Source: a virus (taxonomy: Duplodnaviria > Caudoviricetes). From it: DNA of 64,000 bases. The DNA is taken from positions 60,210 through 124,209 of the IMG/VR virus record IMGVR_UViG_3300031836_000002. One strand, given 5' to 3'. The position numbers were made by a program, and so were the translations under genes. The notes below the pieces were generated by a model. It was given only the letters and a program-made list of their open reading frames with translations. It was not told the DNA's origin and did no database searches. Positions 53,701 through 63,272 of the stretch are shown here, piece by piece (the stretch's first letter is position 1; every line of letters starts with the position of its first letter).

Positions 53701-56700
53701 CGCTTCCCTCCAAGGTATGTCATCTTGCGGATGGTGCGTGGCAACGAGTCAGAAGCTGGTTCTGGTGCTGGGTTATTGATGGTGAGTTCTCCGACGCTAA
53801 AGCCAGATCCCGATTCGGATCCACCTGTGGGGCCTTGAGGGAAGCTTGGGCTGCTGGGGGGTCCTGAGGAAGGCATGGAAGGAACAAGTCCGCCAGCTCC
53901 GAAGAAGCTGAGGTTCGATTCCTGCTTGGTCTTTCCTGTGCTCTGGTTAGCTGCGGCGCTGTTCAGAAGACTTGCGTAGTCCATGACTCCTGAGTTGAAC
54001 TTCTGGAGGTTCTCCAGTCCGACTCTACCGACGATGGCCTTCCGAACTACAAACTCTCCGGGGGTCAGCATAGCTGGAACCGTGTCGCTGTTTCCAGATC
54101 CCGGAACTCCGCCGCCGCCTGCTCTGCGGATAACACCACCGTTGTTTTTCTTCTCCTTGGGCTTGAACATCCCATTGAAGAAATTGGTGAGTGTGTCTGA
54201 GAGGTCGAAGTTGAGGAAGGCATCCCAAGCCGATTTGATTCCATCAATCGCCGCACCGAACGGGGTGGTCACGTACTGTGCCCACGCTGCCTTGATTCCA
54301 GCAATCGCTCCGCTGAACGGGGTGGTCACGTATTGAGACCATGCCGCCTTGATTGTGGAGATGGCTGCACTGAACGGGGTGGTCACGTACTGCGCCCACC
54401 ACAGCTTGATGCTGGCGATAGCTGCGCTGAACGGAGTGGTTACCTTCTCCTGCCACCACGTCTTGATGTTGGCGATTGCCGCGTTGAACGGAGTAGTTAC
54501 ATATTCGGTCCACCCGCGACTCATGGCCGCGGTGAAGGCCTCGAACGGGGTGATGACGTTCTCTTTCCACCACGTCTGAATGGAGACGATAGCTTCTCCG
54601 AAAGGAGTAGTTACCTTCTCCTCCCACCAGACCCCTATGCTGTACCCGAAGTCTTCTAGCGGAGCGGTGATGGTCTTCCACCAGTCGGAAATTTCTGTTC
54701 CGGTCTGCTCCCACTGTTCCGGGGTCATGCTGACCGCTGCTGCTCCAGCTCCTACAGCGCCTCCTACTACGGCTCCAGCTGCTGTTCCGACGCCGGGGAC
54801 GACCGACCCAGCCAATGCCCCCACACCGGCTCCTGTGGCTGCTCCAGCTAGAAGTCCTCCTCCAGTGTCTCTAGCTCCTCCTTTGCCATCCTTGATAACC
54901 TCGTCGGCTACTGTGCCTACAACGAGGCTTGCGATGAGTCCAGCAATTCCACCCTTGAGTCCACCTGCTGCCCTACCGCCAAGTCGAGAGGCAAAGCCAC
55001 CCTTCCTAGGTGCTGCGGGCTTAGAGTGTTTTCCGCCAGCCGCGGCTACGGATCCTGAAGCTGTTGCGTGCTTTCCCTTGGCTCCGGCTGCTCCGATGAG
55101 AGGGAGCTTGTCCAGAACCTTCAAGAGGCCTGCACTTTTACCTACGGTCAGGAGGAGTCCCAGAAGCTTAGTCAGTCCAAAGAATCTAAGCGCTGCCAGT
55201 GTGGCGAAGGAGGAGGACAGAAGAGAGAGCACAGGGGCAGGGACGGAGCTTAGGAATCCGTTCAACGCGTCAAACAATCCAGAAACTGTGTCGTAGAAGG
55301 TTTTGAATCCTTCGATTCCACCGTTTTCAAGGAAGGTGGCTATTGCCTCCACAATGGAGACGATGGCATCTACTAGATCCTCTCCCACTCCTGACTCATT
55401 CAGGATGTCGAAGACTCTCCCTAGAGCGGGACCCAGCTCATCTCTAAACATGGCGACAATATCTGTCATGCCCTTGATGCTCGCTGGGTCAGCGGCTACC
55501 TTGGCGAACCATGAGAAGAAGTCTCCGAAGAGTCCCTTCATCTCCGACAGTAGGGGCTTGACATCCTCTAGGTACTTTTGGAACGGTGACCCGGCCTCAC
55601 GAGCCTTCCGGGACGCGTCCAGCCATCCCTTGGTAGTCTTCTCGAACCCATCCGTGAGCCACTTGCCGAATACCTCTGTGGCTGCTCCATAGTTGAACAG
55701 CGTCTTACCGATGTTCTTGATGATGCGCCACCACTGCTGCATGCGACCAAGAACCTTGTCTAGCCACGCTGCTAGAGATCCGTCCTGTCGAGCGGTAGCT
55801 ATCATGTCTCGGAAATTGTCCGAGCCTGTCTTGAAGCCTTCCGAGAGTGCTATTGCAAAGGGTCCTGCTGCAACGGCTAGATCCTTCATGGCGTCAATGA
55901 TGAAGAGGATACCATCCCCTACATTTTCAATCTGAGGAACACTCTGCTTAGAGATGGTTCCTAGATCCTCTAGCCACGCTGCCGATGTGACCATTTTCAC
56001 AAAACGAGATGTCACGCGGCCCGCGGCCCCTGCTGCATCTGAGAGAAGAGTGGTGAGCACGGGAATTAGCTTCAAAAGGGATTCAACATCCCCCACTACC
56101 TCAGAGAAGAACGCTTCTTGAACAGTCCGTCCAAGCGCATCCCATTCGTCTTTCATGTCAATGAGGGCTAGTACCACAGCCCGTGCAGAAGGGGATAGCT
56201 TGTCTAGGGCTGCCTTGAACTCATCGGTTGCAGAGGCTGCCCCACCTGCTGCGTCATTCGCCCCGGACTGCACGTTACGAAGATCCAGATACGCGTCCCG
56301 CTCGCGGTCTATAGCGTCTACGAGACCTCGCTTGGCCATGATGACCTGTCGGTCACCCTCTATTCCATCCTTTTGTGTCTGGAGTAGATCCTTCTGGTTT
56401 TGAATGTTCTCTTCAAGAACGTCTCGAAGAGACTGACCCGCCTCGTCAATCCCAACCTTGGCGTCCATCTTCTCACCCTTGGTGGAACCGGGATCGGCCA
56501 AAACATTCGCGTAGTTCTCACGTGCCAGCTGACTGTTGGCGCGAGCGCGAGCTTCGGAAGCTGCTGCCCTATCCACCGCCTTTTGGAGCTGGTTCATTCG
56601 GTCGAGCGCATCCTTGCGGGCGTCGTCCAATTCTTCTTCTGCGAAGGTTACGTCTTCAATGGCTCGTCGGTAGTCTTCTTGAGCACGGGCCAGCTGCTCC

Positions 56701-57560
56701 GCACGAGTCAGAGTTTCTTTCGCTGCTGCACCTCCGCCGCCTCCGCCACTAGCTTCGTTCATTTTGGTGAACGCGCTGAACACGGATCCCACGCCGCCAA
56801 AGGCTTTCTTCACAGCGAAGACCATGGAGAGAAGACCGGCCAGACCGGGAACTACAGCCACTGCTGCGCCAGCTATGGATCCAAGGCTGGATGCGAACCC
56901 GTAACCTGCTATTCCCACTGCTCCTAGACCTGCCACCAGAGGGTTCATTAGAGCCAGTAGGCCACCGATGATGGGTATGAGGGCAATGAAAGGAGGGATA
57001 AGCCGTGGTCGCCAGTTACCGAGCGTATTTAGTCCCTTATTTAGCTTGTTCCCTTTGGCCAGAGTGTTAGTAAAAGCTCGCCCTAGTCCGGAGATCTCGG
57101 AAGATCCTTTGCGGATGGACTTCCGGGTAGCATCCAGCTGTCTTTTCTGGTGCTTGTGAGAGTTGGCCGTCCGCTTGATGGTGTCAGAGAGCGTCTTGGA
57201 GACGGTTCCAGCCTCTGTTGTGGCTGATGTCAGGTCCTTGGTGGCTTTGGTGCTTGAACGCTTGGCAGAGGCACTCTCGATGAACGCTACTGTCGAGTCT
57301 CGAACTACCTGAGAATCTGTCCGGACAGCTCCTGAGTGCTTGCCAACCTCAGCGGAGTCCGCCTTTACTGCCTTGGCGTGCTTGCCTTGAGCTGCGGTCG
57401 CTATGCCGGAGGCTGCTGCCGACTCTGAGTTGAGTCTGTCCTCTGCTCTGCGGAGTTCATCGACATTCTTCTTGGCTGCCCGAACGGATCGAGACAGGGC
57501 TGAGAAGTCAGCAATGGCCTTGTAAAGGACCCGTGTTTCCTTCTCAGCCACTTCCCCCAC
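53697..57560 (-). CDS. tape measure protein
   Basis: 1287 aa helical; 11-aa W/F periodic repeats; DTVPAMLTPGEFV. Confidence 0.92.
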   Translation of the reverse strand: MGEVAEKETRVLYKAIADFSALSRSVRAAKKNVDELRRAEDRLNSESAAASGIATAAQGKHAKAVKADSAEVGKHSGAVRTDSQVVRDSTVAFIESASAKRSSTKATKDLTSATTEAGTVSKTLSDTIKRTANSHKHQKRQLDATRKSIRKGSSEISGLGRAFTNTLAKGNKLNKGLNTLGNWRPRLIPPFIALIPIIGGLLALMNPLVAGLGAVGIAGYGFASSLGSIAGAAVAVVPGLAGLLSMVFAVKKAFGGVGSVFSAFTKMNEASGGGGGGAAAKETLTRAEQLARAQEDYRRAIEDVTFAEEELDDARKDALDRMNQLQKAVDRAAASEARARANSQLARENYANVLADPGSTKGEKMDAKVGIDEAGQSLRDVLEENIQNQKDLLQTQKDGIEGDRQVIMAKRGLVDAIDRERDAYLDLRNVQSGANDAAGGAASATDEFKAALDKLSPSARAVVLALIDMKDEWDALGRTVQEAFFSEVVGDVESLLKLIPVLTTLLSDAAGAAGRVTSRFVKMVTSAAWLEDLGTISKQSVPQIENVGDGILFIIDAMKDLAVAAGPFAIALSEGFKTGSDNFRDMIATARQDGSLAAWLDKVLGRMQQWWRIIKNIGKTLFNYGAATEVFGKWLTDGFEKTTKGWLDASRKAREAGSPFQKYLEDVKPLLSEMKGLFGDFFSWFAKVAADPASIKGMTDIVAMFRDELGPALGRVFDILNESGVGEDLVDAIVSIVEAIATFLENGGIEGFKTFYDTVSGLFDALNGFLSSVPAPVLSLLSSSFATLAALRFFGLTKLLGLLLTVGKSAGLLKVLDKLPLIGAAGAKGKHATASGSVAAAGGKHSKPAAPRKGGFASRLGGRAAGGLKGGIAGLIASLVVGTVADEVIKDGKGGARDTGGGLLAGAATGAGVGALAGSVVPGVGTAAGAVVGGAVGAGAAAVSMTPEQWEQTGTEISDWWKTITAPLEDFGYSIGVWWEEKVTTPFGEAIVSIQTWWKENVITPFEAFTAAMSRGWTEYVTTPFNAAIANIKTWWQEKVTTPFSAAIASIKLWWAQYVTTPFSAAISTIKAAWSQYVTTPFSGAIAGIKAAWAQYVTTPFGAAIDGIKSAWDAFLNFDLSDTLTNFFNGMFKPKEKKNNGGVIRRAGGGGVPGSGNSDTVPAMLTPGEFVVRKAIVGRVGLENLQKFNSGVMDYASLLNSAAANQSTGKTKQESNLSFFGAGGLVPSMPSSGPPSSPSFPQGPTGGSESGSGFSVGELTINNPAPEPASDSLPRTIRKMTYLGGKR

Positions 57561-58040
57561 CTACCTAGCTTGTCCTTTGGATCCGAAGGTCAACATGAAC
57601 CTCTCGAATGAGCCGTTTGCATTTTCTTTTGGTTTATCACTGGTTGACCCGCCGAGTAGAACTGTTTCTATGTCGTCCATTGACAGCTTCGCTGAATTGT
57701 CCAAAGCCGAGTTAGGTTTGCCCTTTTCGACCATGTACCCTGCTGCGATATAGCCAGTTATCTGCCGTGCCAGCCACGAGGTCTGCGCTACCGCGTCTCT
57801 GCGGGCGTGGAACTTTCGCATCTGAATGGAAGCAGTTATCTGCCTAAGTCTTCCTAGGGGCAGTTCTCCGATCTGTTCATCTGACCATCCGTACTCTGAG
57901 GAGACGAGATCGTAAGCGCGTGAGAAGCCACCTACTAAGCCGTCAGGATCTAGTTGGTGGAGCTTTTCTTTGAGGAGGTCTTCCGCTTCGCGGTTTCGCT
58001 CTTCTTCTGCACCTTCAGAAGAAGAGCTAGGCGTTTTCCC
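57561..58040 (-). CDS. tail assembly chaperone -1 frameshift extension
   Basis: Slippery GGGAAAA at 58034-58040; -1 frame open to the stop at 57561. Confidence 0.8.
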   Translation of the reverse strand, partial: GKTPSSSSEGAEEERNREAEDLLKEKLHQLDPDGLVGGFSRAYDLVSSEYGWSDEQIGELPLGRLRQITASIQMRKFHARRDAVAQTSWLARQITGYIAAGYMVEKGKPNSALDNSAKLSMDDIETVLLGGSTSDKPKENANGSFERFMLTFGSKGQAR

Positions 58041-58480
58041 AGAGCTAGCATGTGAGGCGCTTCGTTCGTGACGATGACCTCCACGATAGCTACGAGATCT
58101 TCCAGCTCAGGGTTGTACATCTCCTTCGCCAAAGCTTCGTAGAGACCTGAGTTGATTTCCTTCTCAGGGGCAGATCGAGCACCCTCAATGAGTCCCACAG
58201 GGGAAGTCATCTTGCCTAGGAACTCCATCGTTTCGTCTTCCGCTTCTGGGATAGACATGACAATGGCTCCGAGAAGCTTCCCGGTGAAGTCGGCTGTCGT
58301 CGTGCTCTCGTCAAAGCTCAGATCAGCCATGGCTGCTCCGGCTCCACGGGTGATGATCTTCAACAGGCTCATGGTCTGTCGAGTCTTTAGTCTTTCGACA
58401 TTGACTCTGACTCCAGAGGATAGCGTTAGCGGCTCGGCCTCTGAAGCCAGAATCTCAGTGTCTTTATTCGCGGTCGTCAT
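57950..58480 (-). CDS. tail assembly chaperone
   Basis: Between major tail and tape measure; contains the slippery site. Confidence 0.8.
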   Translation of the reverse strand: MTTANKDTEILASEAEPLTLSSGVRVNVERLKTRQTMSLLKIITRGAGAAMADLSFDESTTTADFTGKLLGAIVMSIPEAEDETMEFLGKMTSPVGLIEGARSAPEKEINSGLYEALAKEMYNPELEDLVAIVEVIVTNEAPHMLALGKRLALLLKVQKKSETAKRKTSSKKSSTN

Positions 58481-58530
58481 GCGACTCTCCTAGCGTTCTT
58501 CTTTAGTTTGTGGAGCGGATCTCTTGGGGG

Positions 58531-59109
58531 TTAGAGCGGTCGGCTGATCAGGCGTCCGATGGCCTTCGAAGGCTGCCCTGTCTTCGAGTCGAGAACTGGG
58601 TCACCCTTCTCGTCTACGTCGGAGAACAAAGCTGAACCGTTGTAGTTCAGGAGAAGTCCTTCCTTGTAGGCTGGTCCATCAAAGCTGAAAGGCTGGAACT
58701 GAACCTTGTAGAGAACAAAGTCGAGCACACGAACTGCGCCGTCCTTGTCCTTGGAAGGAACACGGATGAGCATTGGTCGTGGAGACGTGTTCATCGAGCC
58801 TTCTTCCCACAGGGGAAGCTCGTAGGTCTGGTCCAAGGCTGCGCCTGAACTCGTGATGACCGAACCGGAGATGAGGGAAAGAGTCTCGAAGGGAACGTAG
58901 CCGGACTGAACCGTCACGTTTGCCTTGTTGGCCCAGTACCACGTGCTCAGAATCGCATCGTCACCGGTGTTGTCGTAGCTGTCCTGATCAAGCTCAATGG
59001 TGCCTGATCGGATGCCATAAATGTCTCCGAACTCTTCTTCCAGCCCGGTCGATCTGCTTAGGATCGCCGCGTGGGAGAGAGAAAATCCCTCGACAGTTGG
59101 GGAAGTCAT
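58531..59109 (-). CDS. major tail protein
   Basis: Synteny, size, own promoter motif. Confidence 0.8.
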   Translation of the reverse strand: MTSPTVEGFSLSHAAILSRSTGLEEEFGDIYGIRSGTIELDQDSYDNTGDDAILSTWYWANKANVTVQSGYVPFETLSLISGSVITSSGAALDQTYELPLWEEGSMNTSPRPMLIRVPSKDKDGAVRVLDFVLYKVQFQPFSFDGPAYKEGLLLNYNGSALFSDVDEKGDPVLDSKTGQPSKAIGRLISRPL

Positions 59110-59168
59110 TGTCGCTCCTTATAGATTGGCTGAAAGCCGTCTACGCCTACTATCGGCAAGAGACAGAT

Positions 59169-59384
59169 TCACAGCACTATTGTCTCGATCAACTCACCCA
59201 GAAAGTTATATCGGTGGAGCACTCTGACCACCTTAGGGTCATTCTTCCGGAACTTCCTACGGCAATCGTCACACGTCAGCTCGATGAGGTTTCCCTCCAC
59301 GTAGTCTGGCTTTCCTCCAGCCAACCGAATCTTGAATAGAAGACGCTGTGGACCCACCGGACATCGGATATCTACCGAACTCAA
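59169..59384 (-). CDS. small zinc-binding protein
   Basis: RCP...CDDC. Confidence 0.55.
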   Translation of the reverse strand: MSSVDIRCPVGPQRLLFKIRLAGGKPDYVEGNLIELTCDDCRRKFRKNDPKVVRVLHRYNFLGELIETIVL

Positions 59385-60490
59385 TGTGTCGCCTCACTCT
59401 TTGCAATCTGGGCCTTGATCCATAGGCGCTCGCCCGCTGGCGATACGTCGCGAAGTTTGAGAAACAGTCTCTCGACCACGGAATCCCACGAGGCCATGGC
59501 GGGGATAACACTCTGTGCTATCTCTCCCTTGGCCTGTGCCTCAGATCGGTTTCGGAAAGTTTGAAGCATCAGCTCCTTGAGGTGCTCCACCGAAGCACGG
59601 GCGTTGTAGGTGTCTGGAAACTTCCCACCCAGAGACACGAGTTCGTAATCGAGAGGATACGCGTAGTCCGGAGATAGCCACTGAGTGTGCCCTCCCCAGT
59701 TGGTGGCTATGACAGTCCCTCCGGTGCTCATGAACTCCAGTGCAGGCATGTTCTTTCCCTCACCACGGGAAGGTGCCAGAAGGACATGCTGAGCCGCATA
59801 GAACTTCCGAAGCGTCTCCGTTGACCACAGGCCGTAGAAAATACGGAGGCCGGGGTATACCTCCTCCATTTTGGAGTGCAGTCCGGGGGTGGCTGTCTTG
59901 AGGCTCAGTCGGGCTGGCTCAAATTCTTCTTTGTACTCATTCTTCAGCTCGGAGAAGGCTTGGATCGCCACAAACGGATCCTTGCGCTCGTGAAGCATCC
60001 CCACCATGCAGAAGTAGAAGTTCTTCTCGTTCCAGTCTCGTTCCACGGCTGGCCAGTTATCTGGCTCGAACCCGCCTTGGACAGTGAGTACTGGTCCTGA
60101 GTAGTACTCCTTGAGTCCAGCGCTGGACACTGCGTCGTAGCCCACCACAGCATCAAAGCCCTTGAGGCGCTTTCGCAGGGTGGATCGACCCTTCATATTC
60201 CGGAGGTTGGAGAACTCCCACATCGTCCACCCAACTGTCATCTCCGCGGAGCGTTTCATCTCAGGGGTGGCTTCAAGTGTGAGCGGATCCACATGACTCA
60301 GAATGAGGTCAAATGGAGCCTCTAGCCCTTTGGTTAGAAGCTGGGCCACGTCTTCTGGGATTGGGGCCTGAACCACTGTGGGGTCAAGGTAAACGTCTGC
60401 CCCCATGTTGACCAAAGCACGGGTGATTCCAATTCCGTCATTCCCGTATCCAGAGTAGGTACTGAGAGGGATTTTTACCAAGACCTTCAA
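59381..60490 (-). CDS. GT-B glycosyltransferase
   Basis: SGYG, VG...ERK, PSRGEG..MPALEFMSTG..VIATNWGG. Confidence 0.85.
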   Translation of the reverse strand: MKVLVKIPLSTYSGYGNDGIGITRALVNMGADVYLDPTVVQAPIPEDVAQLLTKGLEAPFDLILSHVDPLTLEATPEMKRSAEMTVGWTMWEFSNLRNMKGRSTLRKRLKGFDAVVGYDAVSSAGLKEYYSGPVLTVQGGFEPDNWPAVERDWNEKNFYFCMVGMLHERKDPFVAIQAFSELKNEYKEEFEPARLSLKTATPGLHSKMEEVYPGLRIFYGLWSTETLRKFYAAQHVLLAPSRGEGKNMPALEFMSTGGTVIATNWGGHTQWLSPDYAYPLDYELVSLGGKFPDTYNARASVEHLKELMLQTFRNRSEAQAKGEIAQSVIPAMASWDSVVERLFLKLRDVSPAGERLWIKAQIAKSEATH

Positions 60491-60516
60491 GAGGTTCTCC
60501 TTTTGGTGTGTTCTGC

Positions 60517-61050
60517 TTATGCGTGGTTTACGCCATACGTTATTCTGCCCATTCGTGCCCCATTGCCACCGCTGACATCGGAGTACTCAGGGCCATCAAT
60601 CATGGAGCTTCCCGTGACCATCACACCGGTGCGGTCGGTGATCTGTTCACTGGTTCCCCAGAATCTAGGCTGACCCTTTTTTCCAAAATAGGCCGGAGCG
60701 TCTTCAGGAACATCGGGGTTCACAAGATGAAAATGATGATTTATTACATTCAAGATCTCTTCGATCTTCGAGTCTGCATCGTGGATCTGAACGGAGTTGT
60801 CGGAGTTCCGTGAGGGGTCAGACCAGATGTCCACGAAGAGTCTTGGAAACTTCAGGGTGTTGTACTGATTCATCCGGTCGTGGGAGCCATTCTCCGTGAT
60901 GACTATCAGAGAGGTCCCCTTGTTCTCCAGACGAACCATGGGCAGGTCTGCGAAGACCCACGTATCCCAGTTCTTGCTGGCTCCCAAGAGGTCTCGGACA
61001 TCTGGGTCTTGAGCAAGAAGATTTCGAGCCGCTACCGTCAGTTTGGTCAT
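60517..61050 (-). CDS. tail terminator-like protein
   Basis: Synteny. Confidence 0.6.
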   Translation of the reverse strand: MTKLTVAARNLLAQDPDVRDLLGASKNWDTWVFADLPMVRLENKGTSLIVITENGSHDRMNQYNTLKFPRLFVDIWSDPSRNSDNSVQIHDADSKIEEILNVINHHFHLVNPDVPEDAPAYFGKKGQPRFWGTSEQITDRTGVMVTGSSMIDGPEYSDVSGGNGARMGRITYGVNHA

Positions 61051-61409
61051 CCTCGTAGTCCTATCAGTATGGCCGTGGCGTAGAGGTTGTCTAGGAGATG
61101 CACGTTCACAAGCCAGTCGTGTGGTCCGCCGCGTCGAAGCTCGTAGATCGCGTAGTCCACTGGATTATTTACACCAGCTGAAGGTCCTCCCCAGCGCATG
61201 GTTCCTGTCCACTTGGTGGGGTCGGTGTCCGAGGACTTCTTTCCGGAGTCCTTGAGGGATCCAGTGTCGATATGTACCAAGGCCTGTGCTTCTGCAAAGG
61301 TGGCATCGAGCACGGTGTCCAAGTAAGCCTTCATCTTCCGCGTGGGCATCGCCGCTATGCGGTTCATTTCCCTATCAAGCGCGCTGTAGTCGCTAGTGAG
61401 GTGGATCAT
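61047..61409 (-). CDS. HK97 gp10-like neck protein
   Basis: IDTGSLKDS...YAIYE. Confidence 0.7.
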   Translation of the reverse strand: MIHLTSDYSALDREMNRIAAMPTRKMKAYLDTVLDATFAEAQALVHIDTGSLKDSGKKSSDTDPTKWTGTMRWGGPSAGVNNPVDYAIYELRRGGPHDWLVNVHLLDNLYATAILIGLRG

Positions 61410-61852
61410 GGAACCAGACTCTCTGGGTCGTCGTCCGGCCAGATCCCATCGAGGTCTTGGTTCGTTTCAAGAATTTGGACTTCGATGTGGTGGGCTGTGG
61501 AGTAGTCGAGGGCCTTGTCTGGAATCACACGGATCTCGAAGGTCCCCTCCACAGGCATGAGTCCGTTTGCGTTGGGAATGGCTACGACGCGTTGTCCGGC
61601 CTTGAGAGGGGCATACCCAGCCGCGAACATCACTCCAATGCGGTCAGGCGCTCTGCCCGCCACAGGGGCTGGCATGATGTCTTTTCCGGGACGGACGAAG
61701 TTCAAGTCCAGTCGGCAGGGAAGTGCCCCCAGTAGCGCTTGCATGTCTGTATCTACGTGCTCGGCAAGATGCCACGTCATGGAGGCTTGGCCATCCGTCA
61801 CGCTGTACTTCATCTCCTCCACTCGAACGGTGGATGAAAACAGATGATCCAT
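61406..61852 (-). CDS. head-to-tail stopper
   Basis: Synteny; HHIEV motif. Confidence 0.65.
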   Translation of the reverse strand: MDHLFSSTVRVEEMKYSVTDGQASMTWHLAEHVDTDMQALLGALPCRLDLNFVRPGKDIMPAPVAGRAPDRIGVMFAAGYAPLKAGQRVVAIPNANGLMPVEGTFEIRVIPDKALDYSTAHHIEVQILETNQDLDGIWPDDDPESLVP

Positions 61853-61854
61853 GA

Positions 61855-62388
61855 CTAACCTCCGTAGATAGAGCTAGCTGCTGGATCAAACCCGTATGAG
61901 CGAGACAAGTCTATGTCCTGAGGGGAGAGCATACGGAAGTTGCCCAATGAGGCTCCCTGCACGAAGCTGGCGTCGTTTTCAAATACTTCGATTCCGCCAG
62001 ACATGGGGAGGTCGTCTTCGGTGTCGCAGACGGACAAATTCTTGATTGCTAGGTCGAACCACTCAACTCCTGTGGTCTCACCCTTGCTTACTGCTTTCGC
62101 TGCCTTGGAGTACGAATATGATCCAATGCTTTCTGAGCTGAACGGTGAAGACTTGGCCGCGGCGTAAGGCTGAGACAAGTGAATCGAGTCGGCCATGGAC
62201 ATGATCGCGAACCGGGCCATCTGAAACTGATCTTCGGTGAGATCATCGAGGCTGGCTAGGCATGTGCCTATCTTGAAAAGAAGAAGAGCCTGAGGATAGG
62301 CTGACGCCTCCACGAAAGCTGGAAAAGACGCCGGAGGGCGTCCGGTGAACGCTGCCAGCTCTGCTTTGGTGAAACTTGGGTAACCCAT
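61855..62388 (-). CDS. head-to-tail adaptor
   Basis: SESIGSYSYS motif. Confidence 0.75.
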   Translation of the reverse strand: MGYPSFTKAELAAFTGRPPASFPAFVEASAYPQALLLFKIGTCLASLDDLTEDQFQMARFAIMSMADSIHLSQPYAAAKSSPFSSESIGSYSYSKAAKAVSKGETTGVEWFDLAIKNLSVCDTEDDLPMSGGIEVFENDASFVQGASLGNFRMLSPQDIDLSRSYGFDPAASSIYGG

Positions 62389-62404
62389 TCTCAGGCTCTT
62401 CTCT

Positions 62405-63151
62405 CTAGCGAATTAGTGGAGCTGCTCGGTTGCGTAGGCGCTCGGCGGATGCTGCCTTGCGGATCCCTGCCTGATAGGCGGTGATTTCTGCGGGGTCTGT
62501 CATGTCTGCGGGAACTGGAGCATCTGCCCACCCCTTGCCTCGCCATGGACCGCTTGCAATGTACTGGGTACCCCAGCGCTCGTACTGGCCGTCGATGTCA
62601 TCGAGTAGATCGAGCCATGACTTTCCAGCCTTGTTGAGCTGCTGCTCGTGGGCCGGGGAACCTTTTTCAAATTCCAGCTCTTGGCCGCGGTACCACGTCT
62701 GGCCACAGACAATGAGTCCATCCTGAAGGAAGTGAAGAAGGATCGTCTCTCCAGTGGCCGCTGGAGCGTACTCGACTGGGGCACTCTCAGCCTGTTCTAT
62801 TGCGGCGTTGTTCTTCTCTGCCAGCTGTTGCTCCAAATCCTTGATACGGAGCTGGGCCGGAGTGAGTTTCCCTTCGAATGGGGACGGTTCCTCCAGAGCT
62901 GCTTCTAGCTCCTTGATACGGAGTTCGTCCGCTGTCAACTCTACTGAAGCCTCCACGGCAGCCACAGGGGCATCCACAGGCTTCTCAGCTGCTTCTGTGG
63001 TCCTCTCAGCCTGCACAGGTGCAATGTCATTGAGTAGTTCGTCAACATCGTCAGACTCAGCGGTGGGGGATACCTTCACGTTGTCGTCGTCGGTGAGTCC
63101 CAGAAGATCATCAAGATCTAAGGATTCATCCAAATTCTTCTCATCTGCCAC
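62405..63151 (-). CDS. acidic hypothetical protein
   Basis: 248 aa ORF after the capsid gene. Confidence 0.65.
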   Translation of the reverse strand: MADEKNLDESLDLDDLLGLTDDDNVKVSPTAESDDVDELLNDIAPVQAERTTEAAEKPVDAPVAAVEASVELTADELRIKELEAALEEPSPFEGKLTPAQLRIKDLEQQLAEKNNAAIEQAESAPVEYAPAATGETILLHFLQDGLIVCGQTWYRGQELEFEKGSPAHEQQLNKAGKSWLDLLDDIDGQYERWGTQYIASGPWRGKGWADAPVPADMTDPAEITAYQAGIRKAASAERLRNRAAPLIR

Positions 63152-63226
63152 GAGTCAAGCTCTCTCTCTTCTGGGTTCTACTATCGACACAGGAATGGTC
63201 AAGTACCAGAGTACTCCCCAGACAGC

Positions 63227-63258
63227 GAAAGACCCCCTTCGTTAGAAGAGGGTCTTTC
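63227..63258 (-). terminator. terminator after major capsid gene
   Basis: GAAAGACCC...GGGTCTTTC inverted repeat. Confidence 0.65.
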
Positions 63259-63272
63259 TAGTAGTCCTAGGA

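Noticed and set aside
54240-54690. 33-bp-period tandem repeats
   Set aside because: Ordinary tape-measure protein repeats
58034-58040. programmed -1 frameshift as a novelty
   Set aside because: Well-known tail assembly chaperone feature; listed as a feature only
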